From the sequence record CM022109.1: a stretch of 8,590 bases of DNA. One strand, 5' to 3'. The notes beneath the pieces were generated by a model that made no database searches, was not told the origin of the DNA, and saw only the letters and a list, made by a program, of their open reading frames with translations. Below are positions 1 to 7,751 of this stretch, one piece after another. The position numbers were made by a program, and so were the translations under genes. How positions within the stretch are numbered: the stretch's first letter is position 1; every line of letters starts with the position of its first letter.

Positions 1-709
1 GATTCTCTGCATATACTGACCAATTACCTGTAAAAAATGGTGTTAAACCTGCTGGATGTGGTAATACTGTTAAAAAGTTATCCCAACCAACATGTTGGCC
101 GCGTGAAGCTGGAATAGCAACATGTACTAAATGGCCTGTCCAAGCTAATGAACTAACACCAAATAAACCGGCTAAATGGTGATTTAATCGAGATTCAGCA
201 TTTTTAAACCATGATAAAGCTGGTTGAAATGATGGTTGTAAATGTAACCAACCAGCAAATAAAAATACTGCCGATAAAATCATTAAGAAAATTGAACTAG
301 TATACAATTCTTGGTTGGTACGAATACCAATTGTATACCACCACTGGTATACACCAGAAGTTGCAATGTTTACAGGACCTGAAGCACCACCACGTGTAAA
401 TGCTTCAACTGCAGGTTGACCAAAATGTGGGTCCCAAATTGCGTGAGCAATCGGTCTTACATGAAGTGGATCTTGAACCCACTGTTCGAAATTACCTTGC
501 CATGCAACATGGAATAAATTACCCGATGTCCATAAGAAAATAATTGCTAATTGACCAAAATGTGAAGCAAAGATTTTTTGATATAATCTTTCTTCAGTCA
601 TACCGTCATGACTTTCAAAGTCATGTGCTGTTGCGATACCAAACCATAACCTACGAGTTGTTGGGTCTTGGGCAAGAGCTTGGCTAAATTTTGGAAATTT
701 TGTTGCCAT
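1..709 (-). CDS. psaB: Photosystem I P700 apoprotein A2 (PsaB), N-terminal part; the 3' end runs off the window
   Basis: Reverse complement from ATG (707-709) reads [40 protein letters not shown], the canonical PsaB N-terminus. The frame stays open to position 1. An AGGAGA Shine-Dalgarno box lies about 7 nt upstream. It sits downstream of psaA on the same strand, as in the conserved psaA-psaB operon. Confidence 0.95.
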   Translation of the reverse strand, partial: MATKFPKFSQALAQDPTTRRLWFGIATAHDFESHDGMTEERLYQKIFASHFGQLAIIFLWTSGNLFHVAWQGNFEQWVQDPLHVRPIAHAIWDPHFGQPAVEAFTRGGASGPVNIATSGVYQWWYTIGIRTNQELYTSSIFLMILSAVFLFAGWLHLQPSFQPALSWFKNAESRLNHHLAGLFGVSSLAWTGHLVHVAIPASRGQHVGWDNFLTVLPHPAGLTPFFTGNWSVYAEN

Positions 710-753
710 TTGAAATTCTCCTGTCATTAATATTTTGAAAAGAATTAATAATT

Positions 754-795
754 TAAATTGAATTTCGAATATATTTGTATTCGAAATTCAATTTA
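754..795 (-). repeat. Perfect 18-bp inverted repeat (6-nt loop) in the psaA-psaB intergenic spacer; possible RNA processing or stability hairpin
   Basis: Arm 754-771 TAAATTGAATTTCGAATA, loop 772-777 TATTTG, arm 778-795 TATTCGAAATTCAATTTA. The second arm is the exact reverse complement of the first. It lies between the psaA stop (816-818) and the psaB start (707-709). Confidence 0.6.
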
Positions 796-815
796 TAAAA
801 ATATACATTTAGTTC

Positions 816-3071
816 TTAACCAACTGCTAAGATACGTGCTAAGAAGAATGACCATGTTGTGGCAATACCCCCTAATAAATAGTGAGCAACACCAACTGCA
901 CGACCTTGAGTAATACTTAATGCACGTGGTTGAATTGCTGGAGCCACTTTTAATTTATTATGTGCCCAAACAATTGATTCAATTAATTCTTGCCAATAGC
1001 CACGACCACTAAATAAAAACATTAAACTAAATGCCCAAACAAAGTGCGCACCTAAGAAAATTAAACCGTATGCTGATAATGCTGAACCGTATGATTGAAT
1101 TACTTGTGATGATTGAGCCCAAAGGAAATCACGTAACCAACCATTAATTGTATTCGCACTTTGCGCAAAGTTACCACCTGTAATATGTGAAACCCCATTT
1201 GCACCTACAGTACCCCAAACATCTGATTGCATTTTCCAGCTAAAATGGAAAATTACAATTGAAATTGAGTTGTACATCCAAAATAAACCTAAGAATACAT
1301 GATCCCAAGCTGATGATTGACATGTACCACCACGACCTGGACCATCACATGGGAATCTAAATCCTAAGTTAGCTTTATCTGGAATTAAGCGTGAACTACG
1401 TGCATATAATACACCTTTTAATAAAATTAGTACTGTCACATGAATTGTGAAAGCATGAATATGGTGTACCATAAAGTCTGATGTTCCTAAATTAATTGGC
1501 ATCATTGCAACTTTATTACCAACCGCTACAATATCACCACCCCAACTTGGACTAGTACTTGCTAATGCGTTTGGTGCTGTAAAACCTGGTGCTGTAAAAT
1601 GTGTATTTTGTACCCATTGAGCAAAGATTGGTTGTAATTGTATTGCAGTATCTGAGAACATATCTTGTGGTCGACCTAATGCACTCATTGTATCATTGTG
1701 AATATATAAACCAAAGCTATGGAAACCTAAGAAAATACAAACCCAATTTAAATGTGAAATAATTGCATCACGGTGGCGTAATACACGATCTAATAAGTTA
1801 TTGTAATTATTTGTTGGATCATAATCACGAACCATAAAAATCGCACCATGTGCACCAGCACCAACAATACAAAAGCCACCGATCCATGTATGGTGTGTAA
1901 ATAAAGATAATTGCGTACCGTAATCAGTTGCTAAATATGGATATGGTGGCATTGCATACATATGATGAGCCACAATAATTGATAACGAACCAAATAGCGC
2001 TAAATTAATTGCTAATTGTGCATGCCATGAAGTTGTTAAAATTTCATATAGTCCTTTATGGCCTTCACCTGTAAAAGGTCCTTTATGAGCTTCTAAAATT
2101 TCTTTAATGCTATGACCAATACCCCAATTTGTACGGTACATATGACCCGCTACTAAAAATAATACTGCAATAGCTAAATGATGGTGTGCAGTATCAGTTA
2201 ACCATAATCCACCTGTTGTTGGGTTTAAACCACCTTGGAATGTTAAAAAATCACTATATTGATTCCAATCTAATGTAAAGAATGGCGCTAAACCTTTAGC
2301 AAAACTTGGATATAATTGAGCCATTAAATCTGGATTAACTAAAAATTCATGTGGTAATGGGATCTCTTTCGGATCTACCCCAGCATCTAATAATTTATTA
2401 ACTGGTAATGAAACATGAATTTGGTGTCCAGCCCAAGCTAAACTACCTAAACCTAATAGACCTGCTAAATGGTGATTTAACATTGATTCGACATTTTGGA
2501 ACCACTCTAATTTTGGTGCAGCTTTATGGTAATGGAACCAACCAGCAAAAAACATTGCTGCAGCCATAATTAAACCACCAATAGCTGTTGTATATAATTG
2601 TAATTCACTTGTAATACCTGAAGCTCTCCATAATTGGAAAAAACCTGAAGTAATTTGAATGCCTTGGAATCCACCACCAACATCGGCATTTAAAATTTCT
2701 TGACCAACAATAGGCCAAACAACTTGTGCACTTGGTTTAATATGTGTTGGATCAGTTAACCAAGCTTCATAATTAGAAAAACGTGCACCGTGGAAATACA
2801 TACCACTTAACCAAATAAAGATAATCCCTAATTGGCCAAAATGCGCACTAAACACTTTTCTTGAAATTTCTTCAAGATCATTAGTTTGTGTATCAAAATC
2901 GTGTGCATCTGCATGTAAGTTCCAAATCCATGTTGTTGTAGTTGGACCTTTAGCTAATGTTCGTGAAAAATGACCAGGTTTGGCCCATTTTTCAAAACTT
3001 GTTGCAACTGGATCTCGATCCACGATAATTTTTACTTTTTTCGCTTCACGTTCTGGAGGACTAATTGTCAT
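816..3071 (-). CDS. psaA: Photosystem I P700 apoprotein A1 (PsaA), complete, 751 aa
   Basis: The ORF translation has the typical PsaA N-terminus [40 protein letters not shown]. It also carries the FX cluster loop [18 protein letters not shown] (reverse complement of 3083-3088) lies 11 nt upstream of the ATG. The stop is TAA. Confidence 0.97.
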   Translation of the reverse strand: MTISPPEREAKKVKIIVDRDPVATSFEKWAKPGHFSRTLAKGPTTTTWIWNLHADAHDFDTQTNDLEEISRKVFSAHFGQLGIIFIWLSGMYFHGARFSNYEAWLTDPTHIKPSAQVVWPIVGQEILNADVGGGFQGIQITSGFFQLWRASGITSELQLYTTAIGGLIMAAAMFFAGWFHYHKAAPKLEWFQNVESMLNHHLAGLLGLGSLAWAGHQIHVSLPVNKLLDAGVDPKEIPLPHEFLVNPDLMAQLYPSFAKGLAPFFTLDWNQYSDFLTFQGGLNPTTGGLWLTDTAHHHLAIAVLFLVAGHMYRTNWGIGHSIKEILEAHKGPFTGEGHKGLYEILTTSWHAQLAINLALFGSLSIIVAHHMYAMPPYPYLATDYGTQLSLFTHHTWIGGFCIVGAGAHGAIFMVRDYDPTNNYNNLLDRVLRHRDAIISHLNWVCIFLGFHSFGLYIHNDTMSALGRPQDMFSDTAIQLQPIFAQWVQNTHFTAPGFTAPNALASTSPSWGGDIVAVGNKVAMMPINLGTSDFMVHHIHAFTIHVTVLILLKGVLYARSSRLIPDKANLGFRFPCDGPGRGGTCQSSAWDHVFLGLFWMYNSISIVIFHFSWKMQSDVWGTVGANGVSHITGGNFAQSANTINGWLRDFLWAQSSQVIQSYGSALSAYGLIFLGAHFVWAFSLMFLFSGRGYWQELIESIVWAHNKLKVAPAIQPRALSITQGRAVGVAHYLLGGIATTWSFFLARILAVG

Positions 3072-3174
3072 GGCGAAAAATTCTCCTTGTATAAATTACG
3101 TAAATTCAATAACTATTTAATTAATAAAGTTATTAAAAAGTTTTGAAATATTAAAAATAAGAAAATTGAAAAAG

Positions 3175-3198
3175 TATGAATAAATTATTTTATTCATA
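3175..3198 (-). terminator. 10-bp stem-loop about 80 nt downstream of chlB; possible 3'-end stabiliser
   Basis: TATGAATAAA (3175-3184), loop TTAT, TTTATTCATA (3189-3198), a perfect complement. The stem is entirely AT, so it is weak and could arise by chance in this AT-rich spacer. Confidence 0.3.
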
Positions 3199-3276
3199 GA
3201 TTAAGAATAAAATAACTATTTTTTATAATATAATTATATCTTATATATAAAGTGCATAATGGGTTAGATACTATAT

Positions 3277-4800
3277 TTACGTTCCAACTGCTTCTTTTGC
3301 TTGATATAAAACTTCTAATGTTATTTGATTTAAATTATTCTGTTTTGCGTATTTTTCTGTATTACGTTTAACTTTACCACGTACAAAACCCGGTATTTTA
3401 TGTAATTCTTGCAAACTTTCTGGTGACCAATTAATATCATTTAATTGTTCAGTTATAAGAATTTTTTTCTTATCATGACCACCAAAAATTTCTAATAAAT
3501 GATCCTCCATACCTAATGTAAATGAATTGTAAATCAGATCACAAATTTGATTGGCACCTTCATATCCTAAGAATGGTTTATAACTTAAAGTAAAATTTTG
3601 AATATGGACTGGAGCAGAAATTACACCACAGGGAATTGATAACTTTTTACCAATATGACGTTCCATTTGAGTACCAAAAATTGCTGCTGGTTCAAGTTTT
3701 TCAATTAATTGGGCAATCTCATTATGGTCTTCGGTAATTACAATTTTTTCACAAAAACCATCAATTTGTTCACGAAACCAATCCGCATCATATTTACAAT
3801 ATGTACCAGATAAAATAACTTGAATACCCATTTCACGTGTTAATAGTTTTGTCATATAACAAGCATGAGTACTATCACCAAATACAATAGCTCGTTTACC
3901 AGTTAAATTTTGGCAATCAATTGATCTTGAAAACCACGCTGCTTGTGATATAAATTTTGCCTGTTTATCGATATATGGTTGAAAATTAATTTTTTCATCA
4001 AATTCTTTATTTAATAAATTTTCAATTGTTTTAATGAAATTTTCTATTTCAATTAATCCAAATGGGCATATATCAATATACGGCATATTAAGTTCATTTT
4101 CTAAAAATTTAGCGGTCATTAAACCAACTTCACGATAAGGAACAATATTAAACCAAGCTTTATTAATTTTTTTTAAGTCTAAAGTTGATGAGCCATCTGG
4201 GATAACTAAATTTACATCAATATTTAAATCTGAAAATAAGCGCTTTAATTCACGCGAATCATGATTATTATGAAATCCTAGTGTAAATATACCTAGAATA
4301 TTAACAGAAGGTCGTTTTGTTTTTATCGAATCTAATATGCCTAACTGTTTATATTTTTTTACATAAAAATTGATAATTTGTTCTAAAGTTTTATCAGCTG
4401 CTTGTAATTCATTAATCCGATAATGATTCACATCTGCTAATAAAACATCACAATTTGTAGTGTGAGTTGCTTTTTCAACAAAATTTACTAAATCTTCTTG
4501 TAATATACTTGAAGTGCAGGTTGGTGTTACAACAATTAAATCAGGAGTGTCTGTTAGATCTTTTTGAATGATATTATCAATTACTTTATCTTGAGAACCA
4601 CGTGCTAAAACATGGCGATCAACAATACTTGTTGTAACTGGTGTAAAATCACGTTCTCTTTCTAACATTGAACGCATTACATTAAAATAATCATCACCAA
4701 GTGGCGCATGCATAATTGCATGTACATTTTGAAAACTACTGGCTACACGTAATGTTCCAATATGAGCTGGACCGGCATACATCCAATAAGCTAGTTTCAT
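3277..4800 (-). CDS. chlB: Light-independent protochlorophyllide reductase (DPOR) subunit B, 507 aa from the ATG
   Basis: The translation [55 protein letters not shown]... is the conserved ChlB N-terminus. The ORF track begins 5 codons earlier (4815), but that codon is TTG. ATG at 4798-4800 gives the canonical MKLAYW start. Confidence 0.93.
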   Translation of the reverse strand: MKLAYWMYAGPAHIGTLRVASSFQNVHAIMHAPLGDDYFNVMRSMLERERDFTPVTTSIVDRHVLARGSQDKVIDNIIQKDLTDTPDLIVVTPTCTSSILQEDLVNFVEKATHTTNCDVLLADVNHYRINELQAADKTLEQIINFYVKKYKQLGILDSIKTKRPSVNILGIFTLGFHNNHDSRELKRLFSDLNIDVNLVIPDGSSTLDLKKINKAWFNIVPYREVGLMTAKFLENELNMPYIDICPFGLIEIENFIKTIENLLNKEFDEKINFQPYIDKQAKFISQAAWFSRSIDCQNLTGKRAIVFGDSTHACYMTKLLTREMGIQVILSGTYCKYDADWFREQIDGFCEKIVITEDHNEIAQLIEKLEPAAIFGTQMERHIGKKLSIPCGVISAPVHIQNFTLSYKPFLGYEGANQICDLIYNSFTLGMEDHLLEIFGGHDKKKILITEQLNDINWSPESLQELHKIPGFVRGKVKRNTEKYAKQNNLNQITLEVLYQAKEAVGT

Positions 4801-5045
4801 AATTAAATTACCCAAACATATAATTTATACTTAAATCTAAGTATGAAATAATATTTCATATACACGTATTTATATTGTTAATCGTATATATTTATACTTT
4901 TTTTAAAGTATTTAAAATACTAGCAAAAACTAAAAAATCCTAGCATAATAATAATTAAATTATGAACTTTAAAGATAGTTTAAAACTAACTGTTTTTTAA
5001 TACAGATTAGATTTTAACAAATAAAAACACTGTTGGAGGATTCCT

Positions 5046-5174
5046 GTGTTATTATTAGCTAAATTACCGGAAGCTTATGCTCCATTTGATCCAATCGTAG
5101 ATGTATTACCGGTTATTCCGGTACTTTTCATTCTATTAGCTTTTGTTTGGCAAGCTGCTGTTAGTTTTCGTTAA
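5046..5174 (+). CDS. psbK: Photosystem II protein K precursor, 42 aa, GTG start
   Basis: Hand translation gives (V/M)[41 protein letters not shown] followed by TAA. The mature KLPEAYA...[10 protein letters not shown] sequence is the PsbK signature. GGAGGA (5035-5040) lies 5 nt upstream of the GTG. An in-frame TAA at 5022-5024 leaves no upstream ATG. Confidence 0.85.
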   Translation: MLLLAKLPEAYAPFDPIVDVLPVIPVLFILLAFVWQAAVSFR

Positions 5175-5227
5175 ACTTCAGGATTGTTTACTATACAAAA
5201 TGTAAAAATCACAATTTACAATATTCT

Positions 5228-5329
5228 ATGAATTTTGAAATTCTTTTCCAATTAGCCGCTTTAGCTTTTATCGTTGCGGCAGGTCCACTTGTAATTGTAT
5301 TATTATCATTCCGTGGTGGAAACCTATAA
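5228..5329 (+). CDS. ycf12: Photosystem II protein Psb30/Ycf12, 33 aa
   Basis: Hand translation gives [33 protein letters not shown] followed by TAA. It matches the Ycf12 pattern (MN.E...QL..L..IV..GPLVI.LL....GNL). Confidence 0.85.
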   Translation: MNFEILFQLAALAFIVAAGPLVIVLLSFRGGNL

Positions 5330-5349
5330 GCAAGAATCATAAAAAAATT

Positions 5350-5445
5350 ATGCCTATCGCTGATTACCAAGTCTTCATTGCATTATTTTTAGCTTTAACA
5401 ACTGGAATGTTTGCTGTACGTCTAGGAGTAGCATTATATAAATAA
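5350..5445 (+). CDS. psaM: Photosystem I subunit XII (PsaM), 31 aa
   Basis: Hand translation gives [31 protein letters not shown] followed by TAA. It matches the PsaM pattern (..D.Q.F.AL..AL......RLG..LYK). Confidence 0.82.
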   Translation: MPIADYQVFIALFLALTTGMFAVRLGVALYK

Positions 5446-5532
5446 TTTATTATTTATATAATATATATATATAAGCTAAAAATTAATAAGTGTATTAATA
5501 ATAATACTACTTAATATTATTCATTACTAGTC

Positions 5533-5564
5533 TAACTAACTAATTTTAATAAATTAGTTAGTTA
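5533..5564 (+). terminator. Perfect 14-bp stem-loop downstream of the psbK-ycf12-psaM cluster
   Basis: TAACTAACTAATTT (5533-5546), loop TAAT, AAATTAGTTAGTTA (5551-5564), an exact reverse complement. It sits 88 nt after the psaM stop and just before the putative trnQ promoter. Confidence 0.5.
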
Positions 5565-5580
5565 ATTTTCTTAAACTTTT

Positions 5581-5610
5581 TTGACAAAATTATATATATA
5601 GAGATATAAT
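5581..5610 (+). promoter_or_regulatory. Sigma70/PEP-type promoter candidate for trnQ
   Basis: TTGACA (5581-5586), an 18-nt spacer, then TATAAT (5605-5610). The mature tRNA 5' end is 15 nt downstream. Caveat: the -10 box lies in a TA-rich palindrome, where such hexamers occur easily. Confidence 0.45.
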
Positions 5611-5625
5611 ATATCTATATATATA

Positions 5626-5697
5626 TGGGGTATCGCCAAGTGGTAAGGCATCTGGTTTTGGTCCAGACATTCGGAGGTTCGAATCCTTCTACCCCAG
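5626..5697 (+). tRNA. trnQ: tRNA-Gln (anticodon UUG), 72 nt
   Basis: Cloverleaf by hand: TGGGGTA TC GCC AAGTGGTAA GGC A TCTGG TTTTGGT CCAGA CATTC GGAGG TTCGAAT CCTTC TACCCCA G. The anticodon loop is TT-TTG-GT. It is very similar to the canonical plastid trnQ. Confidence 0.93.
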
Positions 5698-5709
5698 AAT
5701 TTGATATTT

Positions 5710-5916
5710 TTAAACAAAATTTAATAAAAACGTGATCACAATAAATAATAGAATAAGTAACCATGTTAAGTTATTTACAAAACTTTTTGCATTTCGATAA
5801 CTTGAAAAAAAACCAGTTTCATTAAATTTTCGTAATACAATATTTTCTGTTGGTGTTTGGGGAATTATTAAAAATAAAATAATTATTCCATTAATTAATT
5901 GAATGATATTCATCAT
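5710..5916 (-). CDS. secG: Small two-TM membrane protein, probable preprotein translocase subunit SecG (ycf47), 68 aa
   Basis: The ORF has TM1 (IIQLINGIIILFLII), a polar loop, then ..AKSFVNNLTWLLILLFIVITFLL (TM2). Its size and topology fit plastid SecG/Ycf47 of red-lineage plastids, and the NNLTW...TM2 segment resembles them as I recall those sequences. This is recognised from memory, not from a search. Confidence 0.55.
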   Translation of the reverse strand: MMNIIQLINGIIILFLIIPQTPTENIVLRKFNETGFFSSYRNAKSFVNNLTWLLILLFIVITFLLNFV

Positions 5917-5935
5917 AGTTTATTGAACCGATAGC

Positions 5936-5964
5936 TTGTATATTAAAAGGATTTATGATATAAT
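5936..5964 (+). promoter_or_regulatory. Sigma70/PEP-type promoter candidate for trnF(-tilS), with an extended -10
   Basis: TTGTAT (5936-5941), a 17-nt spacer, then TG-A-TATAAT (TG at 5956-5957, TATAAT at 5959-5964). trnF starts 16 nt downstream. Confidence 0.4.
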
Positions 5965-5980
5965 TAATAAAAATATTTCA

Positions 5981-6053
<73 letters not shown>

Positions 6054-6081
6054 AATAATTAACGTTATTTCAATACCCAAT

Positions 6082-7029
6082 ATGCAAGGTAATTTTGTAT
6101 ATACAGTATATCAGATATATAAACAAAATTTCTTTTTTAAAAAAAGCGTATTAGCAATTTCAATTGGCACAGATTCGTTAGTATTATTAATAATGTTTAA
6201 TTTATTAGACACAATAATAAATACGCAAATTCAACTAGTTTCATGTAATCATTTTACTCAAAAAATAAATTTTTATACGATAAAAGAAATATATAAAATT
6301 AGTTACTTATTTAATAATAACCTTATTATTAGTTGTCCAATTCAAACGTATACAACAGAAAATCAAAATCGAATTTGGCGACATCAAATTTTTCGACGAA
6401 CTTTAGTTTTATTAAAACAGAATACTTTATATTTAGCTCATAGCCAAACTGATAAAGTTGAAACTACATTTTTTAATTTATTACGTGGAACAACACTAAA
6501 TAGTTTAATTAGTTTAGATTATTCAAATTCTTATAATTGGATTGAAATTTTCTATAAAGAGAATATATTTACTCCTACATTATATGTAAATAAAAATAAA
6601 ATTAACTATTGTCGGCCAATCCTTCCATATTCAAGAAAAGAACTTCAACGATTTAATCTTGAATTTCAATTACCAAATTGTATTGATTCTACAAATTTTA
6701 CAGCAAAATATAAACGAAACCAGATTCGACTTATTTTAACACCTATAATTCGATATTATTTTAATAATAAAATTGAAACTCAAATTGATAAATTTTCAAT
6801 TTTTTCCAAGTATGATCTATACTATTTAGATTATATTACTAATAAATTAATTACGTTTATTTGGGCAAAAAATTCAATGAATATGCGTTTGGTTCAAAAA
6901 GAAGTTGTTAAATTACCACAATCATTACAGTTTCGCCTGTTAAGAAAATTAATCCAAATTTATTCAGGAAACAATATTAATTCAAGAGTAATTAGTAAAT
7001 TAATACTTCAAATTAATACATTGAAATAA
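6082..7029 (+). CDS. tilS: tRNA(Ile)-lysidine synthase (TilS/Ycf62), short form, 315 aa, highly divergent
   Basis: TilS family motifs occur in the correct order. The PP-loop region is VLAISIGTDSLVLL (canonical SGGxDS). Next is AHSQTDKVETTFFNLLRGT (canonical HHxDDQxET..LNL.RG.G). Then CRPILPYSRKELQRF (RPLL...R.EI). Last is IDSTNFTAKYKRNQIRL (DxSN.....RN.IR). The composition is strongly skewed to N, I, K, Y and F. Confidence 0.8.
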   Translation: MQGNFVYTVYQIYKQNFFFKKSVLAISIGTDSLVLLIMFNLLDTIINTQIQLVSCNHFTQKINFYTIKEIYKISYLFNNNLIISCPIQTYTTENQNRIWRHQIFRRTLVLLKQNTLYLAHSQTDKVETTFFNLLRGTTLNSLISLDYSNSYNWIEIFYKENIFTPTLYVNKNKINYCRPILPYSRKELQRFNLEFQLPNCIDSTNFTAKYKRNQIRLILTPIIRYYFNNKIETQIDKFSIFSKYDLYYLDYITNKLITFIWAKNSMNMRLVQKEVVKLPQSLQFRLLRKLIQIYSGNNINSRVISKLILQINTLK

Positions 7030-7031
7030 AT

Positions 7032-7103
7032 TGGGTCACCCGGGACTCGAACCCGGAACTAGTCGGTTAAAAGCCGAATACTCTACCATTGAGTTAGCAA
7101 CCC
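7032..7103 (-). tRNA. trnK: tRNA-Lys (anticodon UUU), 72 nt, no intron
   Basis: Reverse complement: GGGTTGC TA ACTC AATGGTA GAGT A TTCGG CTTTTAA CCGAC TAGTT CCGGG TTCGAGT CCCGG GTGACCC A. The anticodon is UUU. It is very similar to the plastid trnK exon sequences. The 27-43 position is a U.C mismatch. Confidence 0.93.
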
Positions 7104-7177
7104 TTTTAATATATAAATTTATTTTATATAAAATATAGATATTTAGCAAATAGAAATATATTCAGAAAATTTTTATC

Positions 7178-7210
7178 GTTTTAATGGAATGTATTATATT
7201 CCATTAAAAC
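7178..7210 (-). terminator. Perfect 13-bp stem-loop 7 nt downstream of the psbZ stop
   Basis: GTTTTAATGGAAT (7178-7190), loop GTATTAT, ATTCCATTAAAAC (7198-7210), an exact reverse complement. It lies between the psbZ stop (7217-7219) and the trnK 5' end (7103). Confidence 0.55.
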
Positions 7211-7216
7211 ATAATA

Positions 7217-7405
7217 TTAAACAACGAATGAGTTTAAAATTCCTACTGCAAATACAAGAAGGAACCAAATACCAATTCCTGAAAAAACTGCACCTTTATT
7301 ATCACTCCACCCTTCTGGAGTTGCAAAAACAACTGGTACACCAATGATTAAAAGGAATGATACAGCAATTAACGCAAATAAAGCTAATTGAAAAATAACA
7401 AGCAT
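7217..7405 (-). CDS. psbZ: Photosystem II protein Z (PsbZ/Ycf9), 62 aa
   Basis: The ORF reads [62 protein letters not shown]. It matches the PsbZ consensus (..FQL..FALIA.S..L...VPVVFA.P.GW..NK..VFSG...W..LVF.VGILNS). Confidence 0.92.
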   Translation of the reverse strand: MLVIFQLALFALIAVSFLLIIGVPVVFATPEGWSDNKGAVFSGIGIWFLLVFAVGILNSFVV

Positions 7406-7516
7406 AGCTTTGATTTCCTTATTATTGTGAATTTTTTACTACTTTATTATTCTTAGTATACCTGATACTAATCATAAATTCTTTACCTTTTCAAATACTT
7501 TAAAAAAATATAACAA

Positions 7517-7545
7517 TTGACACTAATTCAAATATAACATATATT
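7517..7545 (+). promoter_or_regulatory. Sigma70/PEP-type promoter candidate for trnG-trnH
   Basis: TTGACA (7517-7522), a 17-nt spacer, then TATATT (7540-7545). trnG starts 9 nt downstream of the -10 box. Confidence 0.45.
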
Positions 7546-7554
7546 AATTTATAT

Positions 7555-7625
7555 GCGGATATTGCATAATGGTAGTGCCCTTGCCTTCCAAGCAAGAGGT
7601 GCGGGTTCGATTCCCGCTATCCGCT
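7555..7625 (+). tRNA. trnG: tRNA-Gly (anticodon UCC), 71 nt
   Basis: GCGGATA TT GCAT AATGGTA GTGC C CTTGC CTTCCAA GCAAG AGGT GCGGG TTCGATT CCCGC TATCCGC T. The anticodon is UCC. The next three genomic bases (7626-7628) happen to be CCA. Confidence 0.93.
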
Positions 7626-7646
7626 CCAATTGTATTTTGATTTTCT

Positions 7647-7719
7647 GGCGGGTGTAGCCAAGTGGTAAGGCAGTGGATTGTGACTCCACCATTCGCGGGT
7701 TCAAACCCCGTCATTCGCC
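7647..7719 (+). tRNA. trnH: tRNA-His (anticodon GUG) with genome-encoded G-1, 73 nt
   Basis: G(-1) GCGGGTG T AGCC AAGTGGTAA GGC AGTGGA TTGTGAC TCCAC CATTC GCGGG TTCAAAC CCCGT CATTCGC C. The anticodon is GUG. The extra 5' G sits opposite discriminator C73, the tRNA-His hallmark. It starts 21 nt after trnG, so the two are probably co-transcribed. Confidence 0.93.
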
Positions 7720-7751
7720 AATATACTTTTTTTTTAAACAACTTAAAAAAC

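Noticed and set aside
3117-3197. 26-aa minus-strand ORF (MNKIIYSYFFNFLIFNISKLFNNFIN) in the chlB-psaA spacer
   Set aside because: The peptide is low complexity and is what AT-rich DNA produces by chance. It has no SD, resembles no known small plastid protein, and overlaps the 3175-3198 hairpin.
3072-3276. Attempt to call a psaA promoter, and likewise chlB and psbZ promoters at 4816-5045 and 7406-7516
   Set aside because: In spacers of about 85% AT, many TATAAT-like hexamers occur. I found no convincing -35/-10 pair at 16-19 nt spacing on the minus strand, so no call is supportable from sequence alone.
4801-4815. N-terminal extension of chlB (MGNLI) in the ORF track
   Set aside because: The codon at 4813-4815 is TTG, not ATG. 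The ATG at 4798-4800 gives the universally conserved ChlB start [11 protein letters not shown].
4962-5000. 12-aa plus-strand ORF (MNFKDSLKLTVF) upstream of psbK
   Set aside because: It is too short, has no SD, and resembles no known small plastid gene (psbI/T/M/N, petG/L/N, psaI/J). It is most likely chance.
5456-5473. (AT)n microsatellite-like run after psaM
   Set aside because: This is a simple low-complexity tract typical of AT-rich plastid spacers, with no structure beyond the dinucleotide repeat.
7032-7103. Absence of an intron or matK in trnK(UUU)
   Set aside because: The trnK group II intron with matK is a streptophyte and land-plant feature. An uninterrupted trnK is normal for other algal plastids, so it is only a taxonomic hint.
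7626-7628. Genome-encoded CCA immediately after trnG(UCC)
   Set aside because: The other four tRNA genes in the window lack an encoded CCA. A chance CCA after one of five tRNAs has roughly an 8% probability. This is not enough to argue for a biological signal.
7544-7741. 65-aa ORF on the minus strand from the ORF track
   Set aside because: It is antisense to two well-folded tRNA genes, trnG(UCC) at 7555-7625 and trnH(GUG) at 7647-7719, which occupy most of its length. Its open frame is most simply explained by that overlap, and its sequence resembles no known plastid protein.
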